DNA of 64,000 bases from Eledone cirrhosa (Eukaryota): assembly GCA_964016885.1 (NCBI GenBank), contig OZ024742.1:64046001-64110000 (forward strand). The letters are read 5' to 3'. A program made the translations under genes and the position numbers. The first letter of the stretch is position 1, and each line of letters starts with the position of its first letter. The notes under the pieces were generated by a model that made no database searches, had not been told where the DNA came from, and saw only the letters and a program-made list of their open reading frames with translations. Positions 41,401 to 53,200 of this stretch are shown piece after piece.

Positions 41401-41789
41401 AAGTTAGACATAACCTGGACAAATACTTCCGGCGTCTTTTTTTTTCTGGTGAATAATCACTTTGAAAAATGTTTTCGTTCCTTTCTGATCCAGGGGAAGC
41501 AACTCTTGGTGGAATTTTGTGTTGGATTTTTTTTTTGTCTCGTATAGGTGTGAAAGGGAATTTTCCCTCGATATCTAGTCGGTTTTCTTGGTTGTCTAGC
41601 TGGTATTGGTGTTGTAATAATGTGGGTGCGGGGTAGGACGCTCCTAGTGTCTCATTGATGTCCGGTTACGTACATACCAGAAGCGAAGAACAAATTTTGT
41701 GCAGTGCAAGTAAGGTTTCCATAATACACTTCTAGGATTAACGCAAGGGTTGAGTCTAATGTGTTATTCATTATGAGCCAACCATCAAC

Positions 41790-41990
41790 ACCATTAAGAC
41801 CGCATTTCTTGGTTCCGTTAATATAGGGTCTGCATCTTTCTCTAGTTTTCCAGCTGGTGTTATGTTCCAAAATTTCCCAAATATTTCAAATGAGAGTACA
41901 TTTGTAGACTACAAGAGGAGAATGATTTCTGATATATTTCATCCTAATAAATGTTCTCCAATGTATACTTGTTCGTAGGAAATAAGTTCC
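41790..41990 (-). mobile_element. Degenerate Penelope-like GIY-YIG fragment
   Basis: The minus strand gives VYIG and then IWEILEHNTSWKTRERCRPYINGTKKCGL, resembling the W...PY..G.K.C.L C-terminus of some Penelope endonucleases. Confidence 0.5.
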
Positions 41991-42011
41991 GATTTTCAAG
42001 AGAAGGGTATC

Positions 42012-42497
42012 TTATGCTTCCAACTTAAAAGGTTTCCCTCCAATGTGTATTTGTTTGTGTCTTTTCAAGTAATCATTAGAGACAAAAGATTTCCCACATA
42101 TTTCACAGTGAAATGGTTTTTCTCCTGTGTGATTACGTATGTGGATAACAAGATTTGAATTATTAACGAATGATTTCCCACACATTTCACACTGAAACGG
42201 TTTTTCGCCAGTGTGTCTTCTTTTGTGTGTTGATAAGTGGCCATTAGTGATAAATGATTTCCCACATATTTCACAGTGAAATGCTTTTTCTCCAGTGTGT
42301 ATCATTTTGTGTGTTTTTAAGAGGCCATTAGTGATAAAAGATTTTCCACATATTTCACAATGGTAGGGTTTTTCTCCCATGTGACTACATTTGTGGCTTC
42401 TTAAATAGTTACTATCAACAAAAGATTTACTACATATGTCACACTGATAGGGCTTTTCTCCAGTGTGACTACGCTTGTGGATAAGAAGATGAGAATT
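42012..42497 (-). pseudogene. Out-of-frame continuation of the zinc-finger array (half a finger plus 5 fingers)
   Basis: NSHLLIHKRSHTGEKPYQCDICSKSF... continues in frame into ORF 42012-42380. It is separated from the main ORF by a 35-bp deletion relative to the paralogous finger 672 bp away. Confidence 0.8.
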
Positions 42498-43734
42498 ACA
42501 GTTTTTCTCCAGTATGTACTCTTATGTGTGCTGTTAATTTACTGTTAGTGATAAATGACTTCCCACATAGTTCACAGTGAAATGGTTTTTCTCCTGTGTG
42601 TATTCTTTTGTGTCTGTTTAAATCACTATTATTGACAAAACATTTCCCACATATTTCACAGCGATGTGGTTGTTCTCCAGTATGTATACGTTTGTGGACT
42701 GTAAGCTTAGAATTAGAGACAAAAGATTCTTCACATATTTCACAGTGGAAGGGTTTTTCTCCTGTGTGCCTACGCACATGAACTGTAAGCTTAGAATTTT
42801 CAGTGAAAGATGTCCCACATATTTCACAGAAGAAGGGTCTTTCTCCAGTGTGTGTTCTTCTATGAACTACCAGACCAGAATTAACACAGAATGATTTGCC
42901 ACATATTTCACAATGATAGGGTGTTTCTCCAGTGTGTTTTCTTTTATGATTTGTTAAATAATTAGTATCAACAAAAGATTTCCCACATATTTCACAGTTG
43001 AATGGATTTTCTCCAGTGTGTATTTGTTTGTGAGTTTTTAAAAGGACATTTGTAATAAATGATTTCCCACATACTTCACAGTGGAATGGTTTTTCTCCAG
43101 TGTGTCTACGTTTGTGTATAACAAGATTCGAATTCTGAGTGAAAAATTTCCCACATATTTCACAGTGAAACAGTTTTTCTCCAGTATGTACTCTTATGTG
43201 TGCTGTTAATTTACTGTTAGTGATAAATGATTTTCCACATATTTCGCAATGGCAGGGTTTTTCTCCAGTGTGTATTTTTTTGTGTCTGTTTAAATCACTA
43301 TTATTAACAAAAGATTTCCCACATATTTCACATTTGAACGGTTTTTCTCCACTATGTATACGTTTGTGACTTGTTAAATTACTATCAGAAACAAAATATT
43401 TCCCACATATTTCACAATTGAAAGGTTTTTCTCCAGTGTGCATTCTTCTATGACTTATTAAATTACTATTATAGAAAAAAGATTTACCACATATTTCACA
43501 ATGATAAGGTTTTTCCCTAGTGTGTATTTCTTTGTGTGTGAAGACTTCATGTTCTGAAGAGAATATTTTCTTACAAATCTCACAGTGATGTTCAGTAATA
43601 TTTCTATGTAATGATCCTTGTTCAAAAAATGTTTCACAAGTTAATAGTTTTTCACCACTGTATGTCTGTTTAACAGTATCTATATTGGTTGAAGCAGGTG
43701 TGTTAGAAGTGTCCAAACGATTAACATCCTCCAT
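42496..43734 (-). CDS. Tandem C2H2 zinc-finger protein, main frame (13 fingers)
   Basis: 412-aa ORF of CxxC-x12-HxxxH repeats with TGEKP linkers. Candidate splice acceptor CTTTTCTCAG at 43770-43761. Confidence 0.92.
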   Translation of the reverse strand: MEDVNRLDTSNTPASTNIDTVKQTYSGEKLLTCETFFEQGSLHRNITEHHCEICKKIFSSEHEVFTHKEIHTREKPYHCEICGKSFFYNSNLISHRRMHTGEKPFNCEICGKYFVSDSNLTSHKRIHSGEKPFKCEICGKSFVNNSDLNRHKKIHTGEKPCHCEICGKSFITNSKLTAHIRVHTGEKLFHCEICGKFFTQNSNLVIHKRRHTGEKPFHCEVCGKSFITNVLLKTHKQIHTGENPFNCEICGKSFVDTNYLTNHKRKHTGETPYHCEICGKSFCVNSGLVVHRRTHTGERPFFCEICGTSFTENSKLTVHVRRHTGEKPFHCEICEESFVSNSKLTVHKRIHTGEQPHRCEICGKCFVNNSDLNRHKRIHTGEKPFHCELCGKSFITNSKLTAHIRVHTGEKL

Positions 43735-44440
43735 ATCAATTCTTCTAGAATTCTTAAAATCTGAGAAAAGTTTGTGATAATCTATTATGGCCCAATTTCT
43801 AGTCTTGGATATCCTAGGACTTTGATTCTACTTACCACCAGAATTCTTATTGCTAACCGAATTGTCTCCAAGTGGCACACACATTGTTGTGGAGAAAAAT
43901 ACTTATATTTTTTCTACATTAAGAAATGTGGATATGGTTAAAGGATATGTAGGTTAAATCAATACAGTGTCCATAAAGGACTGGTATCCGATGTTCTGTT
44001 TAAACTGGTGCTCTGCAACTATAAAGTAATAAAAGATATGACAATGTAAGATCCATTTTGGACAAAGAAAATGTATGTGTGTGAGAGTGGGTGTGTGTAT
44101 CTGTGTATATATATATAAAGAGATGGGAGGACCCTTCAGTCATGTTTGGTGATCAACACAATAAAAGCACCCAGTACATGCTGCAAAGTGGCTGGTGATA
44201 GGAAGGGCATCCATCTGAAGAAAGTTTGCTAAACAAAGGGTTGGGAGAACTCTCAGATGTGTCAAAGACATGTTAACTTCTCCTGTGCACTCGGTGCAAG
44301 ATGGGACTGTAAATAAGTGGGACACAAACTCCTGACCTGTCTGACAGATTAGTAGCTCCGCTTCAGTACTGACTTGGTCTATGTAGAACTGTCCATCTAA
44401 ACCTTGTTAGCAGGGAAAACAGATGTTTAAATGGTGACGA

Positions 44441-44503
<63 letters not shown>

Positions 44504-44517
44504 AAATCAACAGGAAA

Positions 44518-44570
44518 GCCCTGATGATTTCTTTCGAATGAAACAGTTCTAGTCCTGTAGAAGCCATTTC
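44518..44570 (+). ncRNA. Hammerhead-like motif (canonical core, weakened stems)
   Basis: CTGATGA-T-TTC(TTTC)GAA-T-GAAA-CAG(TTCTAGTC)CTG-TA. It lies in a ~143-bp island (44501-44643) between (TA)n tracts; stem I is poor. Confidence 0.55.
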
Positions 44571-44748
44571 TATATTAAATATTTATACTCTGCTATGTAT
44601 TGAGTACCTTACTTACTGTGGTTATCTCCGATTGAACCTGGGATATATATATATATATATGTCTTAATAATGTAAACAAACGTTTTGACCGTGAATCATT
44701 GGTCTGTATGGTGAGACAATATGTTGAGGTATTTGCTCATATATGATA

Positions 44749-44790
44749 GATTTTGATAAGTCCCAATAAGGGATGAAACTATTGTAAATC
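44749..44790 (+). ncRNA. Putative type I hammerhead ribozyme, U3-A8 variant
   Basis: GATT-TTGATAA-GTCCC(AATAA)GGGAT-GAA-AC(TATT)GT-A-AATC: 4-bp stem I, 5-bp stem II with a G-U closing pair, 2-bp stem III, GUA triplet. Confidence 0.7.
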
Positions 44791-45282
44791 AATATTTAAC
44801 GTAAAACCGTATTTGGTAATACTTTAATGTATATATATATATGTGTGTGTGTGTATAATGAAAAAAGACAAAAGTTAACCACTTAAATCCATTCTTTAAT
44901 TTCTACGTCCGTTTCAATAGAGGTGACAGAAAACAATCGGAAATAGTTAATTAGCAATTATTAACACAATACATAATACATATAAGTTTACCAAATTTAA
45001 AAAAAAAAAATATATGAAATGTAGTCTTACCAACGCAGGTGACTATAATAACAGTCGATCCTTATAAATAATTGTTTCTATATTTGGCACAAGGGCCAGC
45101 AATTATCCCAGTGCATTACTGGTACTTTATTTTATCGACCCCGTAAGGATGAAAGGCAAAGTTTACCTCGGCAGGATTTGAACTCAGGCCGTAAAGGTGA
45201 GTAACTCTATGCTGCAAAGCATGGCATCCAACCCTCTACTGATACTGCCAATCCACCGCCCTGAAAAATTGCGAACGTCAGA

Positions 45283-45355
45283 AGCCCCCAGTGAGGATCG
45301 AACTCACGACCCCTGGTTTACAAGACCAGTGCTCTAGCTACTGAGCTATGGAGGC
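45283..45355 (-). tRNA. tRNA-Thr (anticodon TGT)
   Basis: GCCTCCATAGCTCAGTAGCTAGAGCACTGGTCTTGTAAACCAGGGGTCGTGAGTTCGATCCTCACTGGGGGCT folds into a full cloverleaf. A T5 Pol III terminator lies on the minus strand at 45268-45264. Confidence 0.92.
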
Positions 45356-45788
45356 AAATACTTATAAATAATGGTTGAAAAAATACACTTCTAGCTACAG
45401 ATATAAAATCTTCTAAAAGACGAAAATCAGAGGCCACTTTAAGCATAATGGTTAGCTTGCTCGCCAAGATCCGATTTTTTCAACTATTAGTGAAAATCTA
45501 AACGTTAATACAAATGGTGAAACGTACTTAACGTTCTCTATATATTCTGCTATAAGTGAAAATTTGGCTTAAATTGAAAAACAGATATCTTTAAATATTA
45601 TGGAAATGGTACTTGCCGAATATCTTCGACTGATCGTATAGAATTCATTAAAGCAGGAAATGTGATTCGCAAGAAGCTGTTGCTGCTTGTTGAATTTCGA
45701 CCTCCACGCCTGTTCATGCAACTACGAAAAGAAGAGAATATTACCTGTTTAGAATGGTTGGTATTAGTAAACATATTTGTGTTACAAT

Positions 45789-46128
45789 TGTACAAAGAAT
45801 AAGAATAGCAGTGTGTGTTTATACTGGTTTACTTCATAGAGGTGAATAATGAAACGTACATATATTTTACCATTCATGGTGAGGAGGCTGGAGTCTCCTT
45901 AGGCTGTTGGTGAGTTGAGGATTTGCTCTGCATTCTGGCGTGTTGTTAACGAGACTGCTGCGAAGCGTCAAAGAGAGAGTTGATCTTTCAGCCTCTTACT
46001 TATAGTGGCCAAGAGGACGTAACTCCTTTTTACCTCCCACAGGTGACACCAGGGGTCACTACCATCACAAAGGGACGCAACTCTTACTTTAGTTCTGATG
46101 TCCCCTGCAAGGGGGTGGGGGCGCTACA
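45789..46128 (-). repeat. Probable 3' LTR of the Gypsy element
   Basis: Polypurine tract GGAGGAGGG just before TGTAGCG at 46128. The far end (...CA near 45780-45790) is uncertain, and no second copy was found. Confidence 0.55.
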
Positions 46129-49100
46129 GTACCCTCCTCCAGACGATAGGAGAAAAGCCCGAAGGTAACTGTAGCGAATCCACAAGCATGGGATCCAAGC
46201 ACAGGCTTGAAAGAGTAACAAAAATTCAAAAAGTACATGCATACATAGTTCAATGAAAAAGCAAACAAAAAGGCTCCAGTGACCAGTTCATATAAAAGAA
46301 AGTTTGGCAGAATTTTGTTGGGCCAATGGCCAGTTCATATGAAAAAAGTTTGGCAGAATTTTTTGGGCCAGTGGACTCTTCGACCGGAACGGGTTGTGGT
46401 CTTGTATGTAGGTGAAGGTGGAGCAGAAGGAGCAAGTGTGTGTGTGTGAAGGTGAAAGATGGGGGGATTTGTGGTTCAGGTGTGTGAGCATCTGTGTGGG
46501 CCCTCTTAAGTCTATCGATAGAAACCGTCTCCCTGGAACCCCCAATGTCTACTGTGAAATGTTTATCAGTTTGGGCTAATACATGGTAGGGTCCAGAGTA
46601 CGGTTGTGTGAGAGGAGGTCTCACAGCATCATTCCTCACGAACACGTGGGTCCACGAGGCAATATCCCTCGGGACTGCAGTTTTTACAGTTTGTTTCCTC
46701 GTGTCCATCGGCGGCAGGTCCTGGAAATATGAACGCAGACGGGACACGTAGGAAATCAGATCTTGTGTAGCAAGATCGACAGGGGCAAGCATTTGCCCAG
46801 GCAAAGCTAGAGGAGCACCATACAGTAATTCAGCCGGGGAGAATCCAAGGTCCTCCTTTATTGATGACCGGATCCCCAACAACACAATAAGGAGGTACTC
46901 GCTCCAATGCGTAGAGTCAGAAGAAGTCAGTAGAGCAGTTTTTAGTTGTCGGTGGAAACGCTCCACCATTCAGTAAGATGCAGGATGATACAAAGTTGTT
47001 CGGATGCGTTTAGCACACTTGATCTTCGATAATTCATAGAAGAGATTCGATTCAAACTGCCTTCCCCGGTCCATCGTAATTGTGGTTGGCACTCCAAAGC
47101 GGGCAATCCATCCTGATACTAGGGCACGCGCTGTCGTTTCAGCAGTGATGTCTTTCAAGGGGATGGCTTCAGGCCATCGCGAAAAATGATCAATAACAGT
47201 CAATAGATAAGTATGACCACCATTGACTGGCCAAGGTCCCACGATGTCCACATGAATGTGCCGGAAACAGGCGTCCGGTGTACTGACAGTACCGAGCGGA
47301 GCCTTAACGTGTTTATGGATTTTCGATTTGTGGCAAGCGATGCAGGAACGGCACCAAGCAGTAATATCGCGCCTCATATTTGGCCAGAAGAATCTGGCTG
47401 TTATTAGCTTTACTGTGGCAGAAGATCCTGGGCGGGAAATGCTGTGTAAAGCAAGAAACACAGTACGACGATGGTTTAGCGGGACAAATGGTCTGGGTGA
47501 ATCCAAGGAAACGTTGCAGAGAATCTGTCCGTCGGCGGTGGACAATGGCAGATATTTCAAATTAATCGTCGCAAATTCGGCTGATGTAATATCCAACGAT
47601 TCCAGTGTAGGTTGGTCTGCTGCCAAGTAATTTAAATCGATGTCGTGGGATGACACAATCGAACTGATCGGCAATCGAGACAGGGCGTCAGCCGCTGTAT
47701 TCAATGAGCCTGGAATGTGTTGGATGTCGTTTGTGAATTGCGAGATAAAGTCGAGATGCCTTGTTTCTCTGGGCGAGTACTTGTCGGACTTTGCCCTTAA
47801 AGCGAAGGTCAAAGGTTTATGGTCAGTATAGATTGTAAAACACCTTCACGGAAAGGTAGATGGCTAACAGCTCCCGGCCAAAGGTGCTGTAGCGAATTTC
47901 TGCAGGTTTCAACTTCCTGGAGAACAATTCCAATGGTTGTTGGTGATCGTCACTACTCTGTTGTAAGACTCCACCCACTGCAGTATCCGACGCATCAACA
48001 CAAAGCAAAAGCTTGGCATTGGACACTGGGTGGGCCAGCAAAGATGCACTAGCCAATGCTGATTTGGCTTTTTGAAAATCCTCGAGCTGAGTCTGAGTCA
48101 AAGAGATTTCCTTGTTCTTTTTACGGCAATTTTTCAGAATCTCAGTAGCACAATGCGGAACAAAACGTCTATAAAAATTTATCAGTCCTAGGAATTGTCG
48201 CAACTGACGAAGTGAGGTCGGCGAAGGCAAATCCTCTATAGCCTGAGCTCGTTGAGAGAGGGGTCGAATACCCTCGGAGTCAATGACATGACCTAAAAAA
48301 TTCAGTGATTCCGCACCGAAAACACATTTTGTTATAGCATTTAACTTCCTATAATCCCCAGTGGGTCTCCAGAAGTCTTGGGTACCATGTGTAACGGAGA
48401 AGCCCAAGGGCTCGTAGATGGGCGAATTATGCCTAGCTGTAGCATATGATCGAACTTGGTCCGTGCTGCCTTCAATTTGTCCGCAGGCAAGCGGCAGGGA
48501 CGGGAAAACACTGGAGCACCAGTAGTGGAGATGAAATGTACGGTTGAGTGAGTCGGTTTGACAACTCAAAAATTTCCCTGAGTAAGCTGTGGGAAAGAAT
48601 TCAACAATGAATGATAGGCATTCCCAGCATTAGGGATGAAGAAGGTCGGGCTAACCGTTGGAAAATTAGCTTTCTGGCCACAAAGAGAAAAACCAGTAAT
48701 ACCGTCTACTAGGCGTCGGCCACAGACATCCACCGTCAATGCAAAATGGTGTAAAAAATCCGCTCCCAAGATTGGATATGGTAGGTCAGCAACCGTAAAA
48801 ATCCATTTGAATTCTCATCGAAGATTTCTGAATTGCAGAGGAAGCGAGATTTGTCCAAAAGTCTGAATCGGTGAATGATTGACAGCTTGTAGATGCATTG
48901 ATGACTCAGAAGGAGTTTCTTTAACACAGCTCACCGGCCAAACGCTGCAGGAGGCTCCCGTATCTATGAGGAAAGATCTTCGGGACAGGAGGTCCTAAAT
49001 AAAGAAGTGGCGGTTTGGGTATGTAGCACAGAGATCAGCTGCCGCCTTCAGTGACTCAGGGTTTGCGTTTTCCGAAGTTGAATAGTTACACGGTGGCCAG

Positions 49101-50190
49101 CAGTGTTTTGCTTTATCAGTGAAGGTGGCATGATACCAGCAAAAAGACGAATTGCTGGCGGGTGAGCTGGCATTACGGCGTGAAGTCGCGAAGGAACGCG
49201 AACGACTTCTTGGCCGCCTGGGAGATGGCCTACTCTCCCTACATAATTTCGCGACTTGATGCATCAATGCGTCAATCGCCTTCGACATGACATCCTCGTG
49301 TGTCGAGACGGGCTGGTTCAGAAAGTTCGAAGAGGCAACAAGCGAGTCCAATGAGGTTGTTTTCCTAGAGAATTCCACAATTCGATCGGCAGATGCAGCG
49401 ATCTGCTCCACCGAGCTCGAGTCCACTATGTTAGCCAATATAATCTGTACATTGTTAGGCAAGCGACAGAAAAATAGCTTTTTGATAAATGAACTATCCT
49501 CATCGGGTGATTCACTGAGGTCCCAAATGTAGCGAAAAAATTCGGACGGTGACCTGTCGTCTAAACACTCGTCCTCCAATAATGCACAAAACCTGCTTTC
49601 AGCAGAACGCCAGTTTCTCCTTAATATTTCCGTCCTCAACGAATCATATGAAGTACCGGTGGCGGGTCCGTTATTAAATCTTTCACCGTGGTGGCGAGCA
49701 ATGAAGGTATGCCACTAATTAAAACATTGAGTTTCTGCTCTGTTTTAATTCCATTTGTAGCAAAATATGCATCTAGTTGCGCAAACCAGAGCTTGGGATC
49801 ACCGGAGACGCAGGTAAATTAGGACTACTCATCATTAGCATGTATCAGTTCCACATAAAAATACTAAATGATATCCAAGTAAAGAAATGCAACGCGTGTT
49901 TGATGTTTGGAACAACGGGAAAACAAGACAAATTTCCCTCAACATCCATGAAGAAAGAAGAAAAAAAGAAAAAAAATATATCTGGTGAATTTGCAAAATC
50001 CGGAATCACAAAAATTCTAGGCAGAAAAATTAAATGTTTTTTTTTTTTTTTAAATTGGAGAAGGAGACGGCATCACATGATGCGTCTCAGCCAATCAGAT
50101 GGCTGCATTTCAGAGAAGAAAGACAAATGGCGGGGAAAATTGGCGGACAAGTCAGCCATTGTGAATTTTGCTATGAAGGCTTCATAGAGT
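45789..50190 (-). mobile_element. Ty3/Gypsy LTR retrotransposon, degenerate and internally deleted
   Basis: Gag-like ORF 48995-49639; protease FLIDTGAS at about 48950-48975; RT remnants DYRKLN and FLGH; RNase H VDASD...YSTFGRELLA; integrase HVDIVGP, DRGRQF and VERFHR with a GPY tail. Order PR-RT-RH-IN. Many frameshifts. Outer boundaries are approximate. Confidence 0.92.
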
Positions 50191-50285
50191 CGAATGCTGT
50201 ATCAGAAGGTTGCAATTTAGAAATGTTCAATGTTCGAAGGTTGCATTTAAAAATAATGTTGGAGTGTTCTAAAGAGAAGGAAACG

Positions 50286-53200
50286 GTCTCAACACCTTAC
50301 AATATACACACCACAGTCTGACCTCAACACCTTACAATATACACACCACAGTCTGACCTCAACACCTTACAATATACACACTACAGTCTGACCTCAACAC
50401 CTTACAATATACACACCACAGTCTGACCTCAACACCTTACAATATACACACTACAGTCTGACCTCAACACCTTACAATATACACACCACAGTCTGACCTC
50501 AACACTTTACAATATACACACCACAGTCTGACCTCAACACCTTATAATATACACACCACAGTCTGACCTCAACACCTTATAATATACACACCACAGTCTG
50601 ACCTCAACACTTTACAATATACACACCACAGTCTGACCTCAACACCTTACAATATACATACCACAGTCTGACCTCAACACTTTACAATATACACACCATT
50701 GTCTGGTCTCAATACCTTACAATAAACACACCAGTCTGACCTCAACACCTTACAATATACACACCACAGTCTGACCTCAACACCTTACAATATACACACC
50801 ACAGTCTGACCTCAACACTTTACAATATACACACCACAGTCTGACCTCAACACCTTATAATATACACACCACAGTCTGACCTCAACACCTTATAATATAC
50901 ACACCACAGTCTGACCTCAACACCTTACAATATACACACCACAGTCTGACCTCAACACTTTACAATATACACACCACAATCTGACCTCTACACCTTACAA
51001 TATACACACCACAGTCTGACCTCAACACCTTATAATATACACACCACAGTCTGACCTCAACACCTTACAATATACACACCACTGCCTGGTCTCAACACCT
51101 TACAATATACACACCACAGTCTGACCTCAACACTTTACAATATACATACCACAGTCTGACCTCAACACCTTACAATAAACACACCACAGTCTGACCTCAA
51201 CACCTTACAATATACACACCACAGTCTGACCTCAACACCTTACAATATACACACCACTGTCTGGTCTCAACACCTTACAATATACACACCACAGTCTGAC
51301 CTCAACACCTTACAATATACACACCACTGTCTGGTCTCAACACCTTACAATAAACACACCACAGTCTGACCTCAACACCTTACAATATACACACCACAGT
51401 CTGACCTCAACACCTTACAATATACACACCACAGTCTGACCTCAACACTTTACAATATACACACCACTGTCTGGTCTCAACACCTTACAATATACACACC
51501 ACAGTCTGACCTCAACACTTTACAATATACACACCACAGTCTGACCTCAACACTTTACAATATACACACCACAGTCTGACCTCAACACCTTATAATATAC
51601 ACACCACAGTCTGACCTCAACACTTTACAATATATACACCACAGTCTGACCTCAACACCTTACAATATACACACCACAGTCTGACCTCAACACCTTACAA
51701 TATACACACCAGTCTGACCTCAACACTTTACAATATACAAACCACAGTCTGACCTCAACACCTTACAATAAACACACCACAGTCTGACCTCAACACCTTA
51801 CAATATACACACCACAGTCTGACCTCAACACTTTACAATATACACACCACAGTCTGACCTCAACACTTTACAATATACACACCACAGTCTGACCTCAACA
51901 CCTTATAATATACACACCACAGTCTGACCTCAACACTTTACAATATATACACCACAGTCTGACCTCAACACCTTACAATATACACACCACAGTCTGACCT
52001 CAACACCTTACAATATACACACCAGTCTGACCTCAACACCTTACAATATACACACCACAGTCTGACCTCAACACCTTACAATATACACACCACAGTCTGA
52101 CCTCAACACCTTACAATAAACACACCACAGTCTGACCTCAACACCTTACAATAAACACACCACTGTCTGGTCTCAACACCTTACAATATACACACCACAG
52201 TCTGACCTCAACACTTTACAATATACACACCACAGTCTGACCTCAACACCTTACAATAAACACACCACAGTCTGACCTCAACACCTTACAATAAACACAC
52301 CACTGTCTGGTCTCAACACCTTACAATATACACACCACAGTCTGACCTCAACACTTTACAATATACACACCACAGTCTGACCTCAACACCTTACAATAAA
52401 CACACCACAGTCTGACCTCAACACCTTACAATAAACACACCACTGTCTGGTCTCAACACCTTACAATATACACACCACAGTCTGACCTCAACACCTTACA
52501 ATATACACACCACAGTCTGACCTCAACACCTTACAATATACACACCACAGCCTGACCTCAACACCTTACAATATAACACGCCAGTCTGGCCTCAACACCT
52601 TACAATATACACACCACAGTCTGACCTCAACACCTTACAATATACACACCACAGTCTGACCTCAACACCTTACAATATACACACCACAGTCTGACCTCAA
52701 CACCTTATAATATACACACCACAGTCTGACCTCAACACCTTACAATATACACACCACAGTCTGACCTCAACACCTTATAATATACACACCACGTCTGACC
52801 TCAACACCTTATAATATACACACCAGTCTGGCCTCAACACCTTATAATATACACACCACAGTCTGACCTCAACACTTTACAATAAACACACCACGTCTGA
52901 CCTCAACACCTTACAATATACACACCACAGTCTGACCTCAACACCTTATAATATACACACCAGTCTGGCCTCAACACCTTATAATATACACACCACAGTC
53001 TGACCTCAACACCTTACAATATACACACCACAGTCTGACCTCAACACCTTACAATATACACACCACAGTCTGACCTCAACACCTTACAATAAACACACCA
53101 CGTCTGACCTCAACACCTTATAATATACACACCACAGTCTGACCTCAACACCTTACAATATACACACCACAGTCTGACCTCAACACTTTACAATATACAC

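Noticed and set aside
44895-44935. Minus-strand GAAACGGACGTA half-motif
   Set aside because: No CUGANGA-like 5' core or inverted partner; too short to separate from chance.
45598-45795. Possible upstream exon or promoter of the zinc-finger gene (minus-strand donor-like CAG/GTAAT near 45685)
   Set aside because: Plausible, but it cannot be supported without transcript data.
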